From Botryllus schlosseri (Eukaryota): a stretch of 64,000 nt of DNA. The notes beneath the pieces were generated by a model. That model worked only from the letters and a program-made list of their open reading frames with translations. It was not told the origin of the DNA and made no database searches. Position 1 is the first letter of the stretch; each line of letters begins with the position of its first letter. Below are positions 26,930-38,100 of this stretch, piece after piece. A program made the translations under genes and the position numbers. The DNA is taken from the NCBI GenBank assembly GCA_051294905.1, contig CM119374.1, forward strand, positions 17,856,001 through 17,920,000, given 5' to 3'.

Positions 26930-28960
26930 ACGTTCTGTTCCTTTGTCATTCCGAAGCTTGATGATCGTAATTAATTTTTTATTAGGGGTACTTACGTCCA
27001 CTGATGGGGTTGAATATCTTCCTTTAGGGTCCCAAAAGGGGTAATTCTTTAATTATATATGTGCCGCTTTTGTCAGAAATTCAAGTGTATCTATGGATTG
27101 AACGACGCGATATTCCACCGAATTCGATTGGATTCTGTTCTGTTCCTGAGTTATTCCGAAGCTTAATGATCGTCGATAATTCTTTATTAGAGGTACTTAC
27201 GTCCACTGATGGGGTTGAACATCTTCCTTTAGGGTCCCAAAAGGGGTAATTCTTTAATTATATATGTGCCGCTTTTGTCAGAAATTCAAGTGTATCTATG
27301 GATTGAACGACGCGATATTCCACCGAATTCGATTGGATTCTGTTCTGTTCCTGAGTTATTCCGAAGCTTAGTGATCGTCAATAATTCTTTATTAGGGGTA
27401 CTTACGTCCACTGATGGGGTTGAATATCTTCATTTAGGGTCCCAGCATGGGTAATTCTTCAATTATATATGTATCGATTTCGTCGGAAATTCCAGTGTGT
27501 CTATGTATTAAACGAGGCGATATTCCACCGAATTCATTCGTATTCTGTTCTGTTCCTTTGTCATTCCGAAGCTTAATGATCGTCAATAATTCTTTATTAG
27601 GGGTACTTACGTCCACTGATGGGGTTGAATATCTTCCTTTAAAGTCCCAGCATGGGTAATTCTTCAATTATATATGTATCGATTTCGTCGGAAATTCCAG
27701 TGTGTCTATGTATTGAACGAGGCGATATTCCACCGAATTCATTCGGATTCTGTTCTGTTCCTTTGTCATTCCGTAGCTTAATGATCATCAATAATTCTTT
27801 ATGAGGGGTACTTACGTCCACTGATGGGGTTGAATATCTTCCTTTAGGGTCCCAGCATGGGTAATTCTTCAATTATGTATGTATCGATTTCGTCGGAAAT
27901 TCAAGTGTGTCTATGTATTGAACGAGGCGATATTCCACCGAATTCATTCGGATTCTGTTCTGTTCCTTTGTCATTCCGAAGCTTAATGATCGTCAATAAT
28001 TCATTATGAGGGGTACTTACGTCCACTGATGGGGTTGAATATCTTCCTTTAAAGTCCCAGCATGGGTAATTCTTCAATTATATATGTATCGATTTCGTCG
28101 GAAATTCCAGTGTGTCTATGTATTGAACGAGGCGATATTCCACCGAATTCATTCGGATTCTGTTCTGTTCCTTTGTCATTCCGTAGCTTAATGATCATCA
28201 ATAATTCTTTATGAGGGGTACTTACGTCCACTGATGGGGTTGAATATCTTCCTTTAGGGTCCCAACATGGGTAATTCTTTAATTATATATGTGCCGATTT
28301 TGTCAGAAATTCAAGTGTATCTATGGATTGAACGACGCGATATTCCACCGAATTCGATTGGATTCTGTTCTGTTCCTGAGTTATTCCGAAGCTCATTGTT
28401 TGTCGATATTTCTTTCATAAGGTCACTTACGTCCACTGATGGGGCTGAATATCTTCCTTTAGGGTCCCAACATGAGTAATTCTTTAATTATATATGTGCC
28501 GATTTTGTCAGAAATTCAAGTGTATCTATGGATTGAACGACGCGATATTCCATCGAATTCGATTGGATTCTGTTCTGTTCCTGAGTTATTCCGAAGCTTA
28601 TTGTTTGTCAATATTTCTTTCATAAGGTCACTTACGTCCACTGATGCGGTTGAATATCTTCCTTTAGGGTCCCAACATGGGTAATTCTTTAATTATATAT
28701 GTGCCGATTTTGTCAGAAATTCAAGTGTATCTATGGATTGAACGACGCGATATTCCGCCGAATTCGATTGGATTCTGTTCTGTTCCTGAGTTATTCCGAA
28801 GCTTATTGTTTGTCAATATTTCTTTTATAAGGTCACTTACGTCCACTGATGGGGTTGAATATCTTCCTTTAGGGTCCCAACATGGGTAATTCTTTAATTA
28901 TATATGTGTCGATTTTGTCGAAAATACAATTATATCTATATATTGAACAACGTGATATTT
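26930..28960 (-). repeat. Tandem array of ~10 x 205-bp units (right arm, inverted)
   Basis: CATGGGTAATT-type motif recurs every 205 bp (about 27036-28881); reverse complement of the left-arm unit. Confidence 0.97.
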
Positions 28961-30024
28961 CATCGTATTGGTGGTGATTCCGGTCTGTTCGTATTCCTGA
29001 GATATTTCAAACCATTTTTATTGTAAATTTGTTTTATAGTTGGGTACCTGTGTCTACCGATTCAGTCGCATTCTTGATCAGATATCCCTTTAACCTGTCA
29101 CAAAAAGCTATTGTAAAATCTGGCAAGTGGTTTTTGGAATTCTGGTAAAAATTCCTAACTGAAAAATATCATGATGTCCGCGCTGTTTTTTGTGCTTTAC
29201 CTGAACATATATAATTCCCGAGAATTCTATTAGAATCACAGTGGTGCAAATTAACACAGGGAGCGCCTATCTAATATAGTTGTTTGGCCCCAGCGAACCA
29301 CAAGTCACGTGACTTTCGAGCCCAAATTGAATCCAGAACATCAATTTGAATGGTCTTTGAAGAACTAAGGACAGCAGCCTCGGAACTTCGGTCTCGGAAC
29401 AACGTAGGACATTTTGGCCTTGAAACTGGAGACTGTGACACAACACATACGGCTTACTGTCTATAAGTCTGCTGCGAAATCGCCGTTGGAAAATATATTA
29501 ATATATAAATACATGAATAAAAGCCGTAACTTAGTATACTGTTACAAGAAATCATCGACAAGTAGCATACGCAATCTCATAACCCATTCCGGTATGGTAC
29601 ACTGTCAAAATCAATGCAAACAGACGAACACCGAACTTTAAGTAAAATAGATCGAGGAATAGGCTGATCGAATGATCAGCTGTTAGCCGACATCGAAAAT
29701 GAAATAGCTATCGCAATTGACAGGGGATTGTAAGCAAATGGTTTGAAGGCCACAATTTCACAGTGAAATGGACATTGGCGAACATAAAATTATGCGAATA
29801 CTTGAATGCAAACCGAGAATCTTGGTTAGCTGTTTCATGCGATCATCGAGATATACCATTGGAAATATCATCACCGATCTCGTTATGGAACGCAGACTAT
29901 AGATTAGCACAGACCGACACCGGCTTTTGCGTGAGATCCGCAATGACGTAGGTAGGCTAAGTATCAGATCAGCGCGCATCTCTACCATACTCGACCTCGA
30001 AAACGAAATAACTGCCTCAATCAT

Positions 30025-30197
30025 TGAGTGTCAACTTTAAGACTTGGCACCGCGTTCGATACTAAAATCAAGACATACCGTGTGAAAGCTCATGACAGAT
30101 CTAGGTATGGAACATCGTTAAAATCAATAGAGATCAATAACGGCTTTTGCGTAAATTTGTTGGCGATAAATGAAGAGTCAGCTCTTACTCGACTTTG
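30025..30197 (+). repeat. 173-bp direct duplication, copy 1 (copy 2 at 33481-33653)
   Basis: Identical to 33481-33653 except one T/C difference (AGAGATCAAT vs AGAGACCAAT). Confidence 0.97.
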
Positions 30198-30283
30198 TTT
30201 TTACCAGCATTGTGCTCATACTCAATTTGGTCTAGTTGACTCTTTGGCTATCACCACTCAAAATTTATTATCCTGAACAAGCA

Positions 30284-31865
30284 ATGGCTGGCACTGCACG
30301 CGCTCCGAATTTCAGCATAGCTGAAAAAAATGGATTTATCGACTTGATTGGAAAATACCCCGTTTTGATTACCAGCAAAACTAGTGGACAGAGCGATAAG
30401 GATTTTAGAAGGAATAAAGAAGCGGCCTGGCGCAAACTTGTCAGTGAATTCAATTCATCAGGAATTGCACAAGTGGAGAGAAATGAGGACAAGTTGAAAA
30501 AACTCTGGAAAAATTTGAAGAGCGATTGTAAAAAGCATGAGGCGCAACGAGTACGGGAGCAAAGAAAAACTGGTGGTGGAATACCTGACCTTCAACCAAC
30601 TGCATCAGACATGATCTATGCCAAGATCAAAAGTAGGTGCTGCAGTAATCCATCATTCCTTGTGTAGACTACATAATAATTCAGGATTGTTTTTCACAGG
30701 TTTGATACCAAGTCAAATAAGTAGCATCCCCAGTCAATTTGATGATGATTCAATATCAGTACAAGTGCAACAAGAGTCATATGCAGGCTGCGAAACACAA
30801 ATGGAGGCGCCATCTTTCAGCACCACAGAAAATGTAGCAGGCATAGAACTGCCATGCTCTGAAATAGGTCTATATATATCTGTATATACACTTGAATGGT
30901 GATAACATGATCTAATACGATTTATCTTTAGGTTCTTCTGAAACTTCTATGGTCGAACTTTTTTCCGTTCCGACACTGAACCGTAAGTATACAATACAAT
31001 TTCTATTCACTGCTTGAGAATTTACTGGATATTTTCTGATAGATCCTAGTTCACCTGATCTGTCAACGTCTGGGGTTGCAGTTGGAACTTCAACTTCAAC
31101 TTCTACTTGCTCCGTCATGAACAATCCACTACCAAATCAAGGTAAATTCGCATTCATTTCTGATTTAACCATTGTCTATTTCTGGGATGGCCGGACATTT
31201 GTGCGGCCGTCGACACGTAATTCAATTAGTATGTGCTTGCGGCCGTCAACATGCAAATTGAATTTCGGAATTGAGAGATTTTAATTATTCTTGAAATTTT
31301 CAATTCGGCTTCATTTTTCAACTACAATATAGTAATTGAATTATGCAATCTGATCCCCAGAATATAGTAGCCTACAGATGCGAGCAGCAGAGGAAAATAA
31401 TTCAGAATAGATTCACTTGAATTTTTCCAAATAAGCATCAGGGATCTTGACCACTATAATTATGAAAACCCGCTTTACTTGCCAAAGCATGATAAAATCA
31501 CTTTTCGCAGACCAGGAACGGACTTGAAAAGTGCTGGTCTACGGACCAGAGGTTGCCGCCCCTGCTATCAACTGCGGAATTTTGGACATATTGCAGCAAT
31601 ATAAATATCAACATTTTTTTTAAACTCATGGTATTTATCATTTTCATCTTTCCAAACAGCTCGCTCTAAGCCTAAGGCCACCTATGAAGAAATGAGGTTG
31701 GATGTACTAAACGCTAAATTGGAGGAGAGCAAGGCTAAAAAAAGACTCCTGGAAAAGGATTTGGAAATGAGAGTTACGGAGACGAGAATGAGACAAATTG
31801 AGCATGATCTCAAAGTGAATCATTATAAAAAAAAGTCCGAGATGCTGGACAAAAAGTATCAGTGA
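30284..31865 (+). CDS. Harbinger Myb/SANT-like DNA-binding protein, 5 exons, ~290 aa
   Basis: Exons 30284-30632, 30700-30867, 30932-30982, 31043-31141, 31660-31865 (873 nt, open, GT-AG). Motifs RAPNFSIAEK, KEAAWRKL, KLKKLWKNLK, KTGGG and a C-terminal coiled coil. Confidence 0.88.
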
Positions 31866-32191
31866 ATTTTTGCTCACTGAATCCAGTGTCTGAACCAATT
31901 TTCTGTATACTTCGTTCAATTTCGTTGACACGCCATTCTTTTCTTGCCGAGGTTTTCCACACTGCTCATGCTATCCTGTATTGCAATTTATAAAATTGCT
32001 TCCACCGTTTTTCTACACCGCTTAAGCGCTTATGCTATCCTGCTATACTGTTTTATGCTATCCTGCTATACTGTGTTAAACTTACTATCAGCCGCTATGC
32101 GAATTTTCATTTTTACATGACACACGCAATAAAGCTCATGTTTGTTTCTTTGTAATTGAAATGGAATGTGTAGAAAAAGAATATTCATGGA

Positions 32192-33253
32192 TTAGTTTGA
32201 AAAGTGTCTCAAAATTATGCTTTGTCGCTCGGATTGTCCAGAAGGAGTCGATGCGACATGAGGGTGGTCTGAAGCATCTGGTTCGAATACGTCATCAACT
32301 TCCGTTTCATCAGTCATCTGTCGTGTCCGAATTGCCAGATTATGAAGGCAGGTTATGGCCACAACGATATTCGTGGAATTGCTGAGCTTGGTCCTCATCG
32401 GTATAGCTAAGGCGAAAAATCTTTTTTTCAGCATGCCAAAGCACTGCTCTATGCGAGAGCGGGTTACAATATGAGCGTGATTATACTTTTTTTCGGCCGA
32501 TGTTCTTGGTGATAATAGTGGTGTAAGTAAGTAGCTCCTCAGTGGATATCCATTATCCCCAAGCAAATATCCATCGATTTGATTATCTTCGAATCGATCA
32601 CGGATCACCGAATTGTCAAAGATTCTTGAATCGTGACAAGATCCATACCAACGTGTGACAATGTTTGTTACGACTCGCTGTGCATCACATATCATTTGAA
32701 CGTTCAATGAAAAATAACCTTTTCTGTTCCGGAACACCTCTGCATTATCACCGCCAGGGGATATTATGGGTAGATGAGTACAATCGATTGCTCCAACAAC
32801 GTTTGGGAAGCCTGCAATGTCATAAAATTCTTGCTTTACTTTGGTGAGGTCAGTAGGAAAATTCAAAAACAGGAGCTTCTTGCGGCATATGGCACGGGTA
32901 ATTTTGTGAATGCTTCTGTGAGCAGTTACTTTGCTTATACCAGCTAGGTCACCATCAGTCTGTTGAAAATGGCCATCCGCGAAAAACCGTAAGGCGCAAG
33001 TTAGTTGTAGTATTGGCGGAAGAGCATGATCTCTGCAGGTCAATTCTTCATCATCTTTCAACAGCCCAAAAAGATAGTGAGTTGCGTCTTTTGAAAACCG
33101 GAATCGCAGTCTGAACTCGTTGTTCGAATACCTTTCGAAGGGGTTCTGAACATCTGCGAGATACTTTCTTGGCAGTCTGTACTGTTCATCATCATCGTCA
33201 GTAAATTCCAACAACTCCAGCAATTCCATAATCCTCCACTGATCTCCTTTCAT
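32192..33253 (-). CDS. HARBI1-like Harbinger transposase (DDE_Tnp_4), 353 aa, intact
   Basis: GAIDCTH, NRKGYFSLNVQ, GSCHDSRIF, YLLGDNGY and RSRIEQCFGMLK motifs give a complete D-D-E triad. Confidence 0.95.
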   Translation of the reverse strand: MKGDQWRIMELLELLEFTDDDDEQYRLPRKYLADVQNPFERYSNNEFRLRFRFSKDATHYLFGLLKDDEELTCRDHALPPILQLTCALRFFADGHFQQTDGDLAGISKVTAHRSIHKITRAICRKKLLFLNFPTDLTKVKQEFYDIAGFPNVVGAIDCTHLPIISPGGDNAEVFRNRKGYFSLNVQMICDAQRVVTNIVTRWYGSCHDSRIFDNSVIRDRFEDNQIDGYLLGDNGYPLRSYLLTPLLSPRTSAEKKYNHAHIVTRSRIEQCFGMLKKRFFALAIPMRTKLSNSTNIVVAITCLHNLAIRTRQMTDETEVDDVFEPDASDHPHVASTPSGQSERQSIILRHFSN

Positions 33254-33480
33254 TCATCCACGAGCAACTCAAAACAATAACAATCTGGCCTCGGTTCCGT
33301 GTTGAACTCGCTACAGCGACGAAGTAGACAGTAATTACTCGCAACTAACGGACTTGGCCGAGCGCGGCGCCAAATTGACATTTGAAACCGAATTAAGACC
33401 GCCGTCGCCTGGCGTCTCGGCCAAGTCATTCACTGGCCTTAAGCCAGGTCTAAATTAAGACAACTTTTTGAAACCCACCC

Positions 33481-33653
33481 TGAGTGTCAACTTTAAGACT
33501 TGGCACCGCGTTCGATACTAAAATCAAGACATACCGTGTGAAAGCTCATGACAGATCTAGGTATGGAACATCGTTAAAATCAATAGAGACCAATAACGGC
33601 TTTTGCGTAAATTTGTTGGCGATAAATGAAGAGTCAGCTCTTACTCGACTTTG
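33481..33653 (+). repeat. 173-bp direct duplication, copy 2
   Basis: Begins with TGA immediately after the Harbinger right end. Confidence 0.97.
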
Positions 33654-35110
33654 GAAACGAAATTACCACCCACATAGTTCAGTGACAAACTTAAAACTTG
33701 TTACATCGGTCGATACTAACACTTACCGTGCCAAATGTCATGACCGATCTCGGTATAGAACATCGTCAAAATCAATGGAGACCAATACCGGCTTTTGAGT
33801 AAAATCCGTTTGCTGTACTATGTACATGATAGATCAGCACACACTGAACTTCGGAAACGGAATTACTACCATTATCTTTAAGTAGCAAGCCTGAAACTTG
33901 GAGCAGTGTTAAATACTACCTTCACGACATATCATACCAAGTTTCAAGAATTATCATGGTGCGAAACACCGTCAAAATCGACCTATACCAGCAAAGGTCG
34001 ACTCAACGCATATTACGGTAACCGAGTTCAGATATAGATACGATTGTTACATCACACCTTAGGGGCGAGTAGGCATATTTGCCCCGGTTGCTCGGCCATT
34101 TTACGAATAGGAGAGAGTAAATCACCGTTTCTATATTGTGCGCGGCTTTGAGAGAATAGATAGTGAAAGCTTGTTATGAGCGCTACCGGGGCAAGCCCCG
34201 GCTAGGCATTCACAAAGCGAAAACACAGAAGAGAATTCGATTTTCGCAGAGACTTCGCTATGTATGGGCGTTTGCAAGCGAAAGCACAAGAACGCGGGTT
34301 TCGCTGTGATCTCGGTATATATTGATTGCTGTGCGTCTATAAATGGTTAAATTGTTATTGAACAGAATTTTAGGTGGGGCAATGCCCCAGTTGCCCTATA
34401 GGACGAGCCGCCACTGTTTTGTCCTATATAATAACGTGTGCAACTGTGCATGTGCAATTGTGCATTCATAAATACCTCATGGGACCACCCATTTCGCTAT
34501 CATACTGAATCTTAATTCTACAAATGCATAATTCCCGAGTAAAACCGTCGTTGAAGAAGTATTGTGTATAATATACGTTAACCTGTCAGGAAAGAACTTA
34601 CGCGAGGCCGGTAAGAAGAAACTTGCAAATGTATTAAATTCATAATTCCTAAGAACTACAATAAATGTCTGACCCCAAAGCTTGGTTCGCCTCGCAGCAT
34701 ACAGTTCCCCTGTAGCAATTTCAGGAAGAACAGAAATTAGAATAAAATGGAGCATTAGAAAAAAATCATCTAGCTGTCCTATTCTGGTAGGATGATCGTC
34801 TTGGCGACTGTTCGAAAAAGATAGTATCCTTTTCAAACCGGAAAATGGGCCACGGCCCAACAAAGGTCGGGAACCCCTGTCGTACGCTGACTAACTTGAC
34901 CTATCCAGCAAATATAACGCAGGCTTGGACGAGCACGTGATTTATTAAAAATCGTCACAACAGTCCACGCGGCGGACCGTGACGATTACGACCGGAAAAC
35001 TGTCGCGTTAGTTCCGTTGTTAATGTTTCGGGTAAACTCGTCATGTCGACGCAGAAAGTGATGTCTTCACCAGCACTACAGTAGCAGGCCGGCACACAGA
35101 CCATGTGTCG

Positions 35111-38100
35111 CTATTTCGAATAGTGTTCCTCTAACGATCTTGCGAGAAATTCCCAGTATTTGCGCCGTATCTTGTCCGTTTCGCTGGCCAGTTCCTCGCA
35201 TATCTGCGGGAGTGAAAATTAATAGAAGAGGCATGTATTGGTGGTTCGGTTTACTAATATTGTCGGTCGGCTTGAAACCAGATCGGAATATATCTGGATT
35301 TGAATGAAAACGGATTTATAATGTTTAATTGTATTTTGTAATTGATGAACTGAGGTGATCAGTAGGGCAAGTTTTTGTTGCAGTTAAATCCGTGAAAAGT
35401 TGCATTTATTTTTGACAAAAGTTGCACTAAAAGACCACATTTTGCTCGGTTGACCATAAAAAAAAAGACGTCAACTTTCCGGCTCAGCTCCCGAAATACC
35501 CGCAAGAGCGTTACTTCAGTGCTGATTTACGGTATTTCAGTCGAATTATTTGGCCGTGTATTTCACCAAAATCAAAAATACTTTCATGAAAAATCGAAAA
35601 AGTTGCATGAAAAAAATGGACAAAAGTTGCAAAAAGTTGCACTATAAGATTCCTTCAAACAGCTTAAAACAGCATTCTACATATCTTACGAGTATTTAGG
35701 AAGCTGCCGGAAGCTGTAAAAAAGTTGCAAAAACTTGCCCTAGTGATCAGTAACCAAGTACTTACAGTTTTCCGCAGTACCCAAATACGTTTTGCCTACT
35801 AAGTAAAGTAGGTATGTGATTTATGACTACTTCCACTTGGCAGATTTTAAGGCAAAAATACTTACTTTTTGCAGTTTAATGTTATAAAATAGAACGGAGT
35901 TTTGGGGTTTGTTTGCATCACTTTATGAGCAGATTCGCCGTGCCAACATGGCGGAATAGCCTCTGTATCGTAGTTAATGAATATATTTTCGAAAGCAGAA
36001 CCTAGTTGTGGTGTCATTGGTATCACATTAGTACCGAACATGCACCCTGCAATTTTTAAAGTAACAAGGCTAGTCACCACCAAGTGCAAAAGGCAGGGTT
36101 GTAACCAAGTCACAAGGCTACGATTTACAAGTCAATCTCACTTTTATAGTTTTGACTCGAGTCAGAACCAATTCACCACCAAGTCCAAGTCATCGGGCAG
36201 AGGCACGAGTCCGAGTCATGGTATTATGACTCGAGTCCGAGTCCAAGTCATTGTGTTGACTACCCAGTTTCCAGTTGAAGTCTTGATTAAACCCACATTT
36301 TATAACTCTGTTCGGTGATATCGAATAGTTCGCATTTATAATATACTAATTTTCCTCACTTTTAACAGTTTCTGGTCGAATTTCCAAGTACCAGTACTAA
36401 TACACGTAATATCAATAGTGGTCTCGGCCGTCAGAAACTCGAGTCATATGACTTGGTCCGAGTCATGCGCCGCTTCTACTTGAAATAGAGTAGAAATTTA
36501 TGTCACATCCACTCAGTAGTGGACTGGAGTATCACGACAAACTGCTGCCCCCGTCTTCGTAACTTTCCGCCCACCTTCATCGCGCTTTGCAACGTCTCCT
36601 CCTTATTCTCGGCAACGTTCTTCTCCAGCTGTTCCTCGTACATGTCCAGCAAGTACGCTGCGATCTGCGGCGATTTCAATCCCTCTTCCCTCCAAGAATG
36701 GACTTGCTTGTTCAGTTTATCGCTCCAGAGCAACCCGCGCTCCAGCAGAATTCTAGAAATAAAAGCGGATTCAATGAACTAATCAGTTACGGCTGGACAG
36801 TAGGTTCTTAAACGGGCTTCACACTAACCCCAAGGGTTCGACAGACATACTGATCTGCAGCAAATATTAATAATCATCTTTTTGTTTGCGGTGAAAGTAA
36901 TGTTTTTGCGGTTTTCTTCTTTTAACACTGATGTTGATGCTAAGTTCATTCTGTGCAGTAGCATTCAATTGTGATGTGATTTTTGTTTTTGTGACTAAGC
37001 CAGTGGTTCCCAACCTTTTTCGTCTCGTGGCCCCTTGGCCGATATTTGAGCTGAAACTCCCCCCTATGAAAACTTTGCCTGTGACAAAAAAGGACCTTTT
37101 TAACGCACAACCATTTGTTGACTGAGCATTTACTGGACAATCATATTCAGATATGACCGAGCTATGTCGAATGCGAACCGCACAACACTGTGGTAAAGTA
37201 CAGCTAAACTTGAACTGCTTTTTTACCGGTCGGGTAGCCGCTGACGAAACTTAAATCACTAAGTCAGTTTGCTATGGCCTCGAGTCGAATCGATGAATTT
37301 GATATGTTTTTCACATTAGCTCATATGTTGACTTAAAAAGGTAAACAATTTCACCAGCGGCCTTGTGCTGAATTTGGCTTGACTTTTTCCTGTTTAGTCG
37401 CAATTTGGTCGGGAGGCTGTCGCGGGCCCAACGAAATCGTCTCGCGAGCCTCATTTTATCAGGGGTTGTATATATCTACGGAAGGCATTTAAACATACAC
37501 CCAGCTGAAAATCCGCCAAAGAGACATACAATTGTAAAGAATTAGTTTCAACATAACAGTTGTACCATAAAAATCTAAAAACCTTGTGAACCCTGTTGGT
37601 TTGTTTTGAGGCGTTCATGGTGTGTGTTGTCTACTATGGTCATTTATACCAGGCCAATTTCCTGCATTTTTTTATGTTCCGTAGCGGCCGACTTATAGCA
37701 TGGACTACTTCTAGGCTTTTATAAGACACCGCTTACACGGATGAGATGGCGAGGAGGTGCCTAGATAAACCCCCAACACTTAGAGGTAGGAATTCTGGAG
37801 TCGACCTCGGTCGGACTCGAACCCAGAACCCATTGGTGTAGCAGCTGTGGAGTTTACCACTGCGCTATTTCGCCACAATTGTGAACCCTGTGTATCTTCC
37901 GATACAACGCCAAAGCCAGATTCCCCCTAAAAATTTCAAAAATTCCCCCCAAGGGGGGAATTCCTCCCCGGTTGGGAACCACTGGACTAGGCGAAGATTT
38001 ACGGTTTTCAAAATAGCTCAAGGGTTCGCCAGTTTAGTAAAGGTTAAAAAACTCTGAGGTAGACACGAAAACCAGGGATATCTAGACTAAGTCGACTAAC

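Larger units (their letters stand above)
22821..29245. mobile_element. Foldback-type element (6.4 kb) with satellite-like inverted arms
   Basis: Perfect 44-bp terminal inverted repeat ACCACTGTGATTCTAATAGAATTCTCGGGAATTATATATGTTCA; perfect 8-bp TSD GCAAATTA; ~2.3-kb inverted arms; no transposase seen in the ~1.8-kb spacer. Confidence 0.92.
17769..29343. mobile_element. Decayed ISL2EU-type (PIF/Harbinger-related) element, heavily interrupted
   Basis: Identical 22-bp inverted core GGGCTCGAAAGTCACGTGACTT (17788-17809 / 29302-29323) about 20 bp inside each end; AT on both flanks; SWIM/YqaJ remnant on + and THAP remnant on -. Confidence 0.65.
30198..33480. mobile_element. PIF/Harbinger transposon lacking its left TIR
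   Basis: Convergent Myb/SANT and DDE_Tnp_4 genes; right end ...TTAAGACAACTTTTTGAAACCCACCC followed by TGA; no matching GGGTGGGTTTCAAAAAG seen upstream. Confidence 0.88.
29780..34060. repeat. Diverged ~190-220-bp tandem repeat interrupted by the Harbinger
   Basis: Recurrent CAT(G/C)AC(C/A)GATCT(C/A)G.TAT.GAAC...CGGCTTTTG motif at 29869, 30091, 33547 and 33739. Confidence 0.7.
17054..34416. mobile_element. 17.4-kb hAT-type TIR element inflated by nested insertions
   Basis: 14-bp TIR CAGTGGCGGCTCGT (17054) / ACGAGCCGCCACTG (ends 34416); perfect 8-bp TSD TTTTGTCC at 17046-17053 and 34417-34424. Confidence 0.85.

Noticed and set aside
23178-28889. Series of overlapping 62-77-aa ORFs (MGNSSIIYV...) as a repeated peptide gene cluster
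   Set aside because: They arise from the 205-bp monomer (not a multiple of 3, ATGGGTAA start/stop overlap); several units are broken, and substitutions show no codon-position bias by eye.
23105-28960. CRISPR-like array
   Set aside because: Units are contiguous 205-bp repeats with no unique spacers, in a spliced eukaryotic context with no cas genes.
22823-29243. CACTGTG/CACAGTG ends as RAG/Transib RSS-like termini
   Set aside because: The inverted repeat extends two bases further out, there is no 5-bp TSD at the heptamer boundary, and no RSS nonamer was seen.
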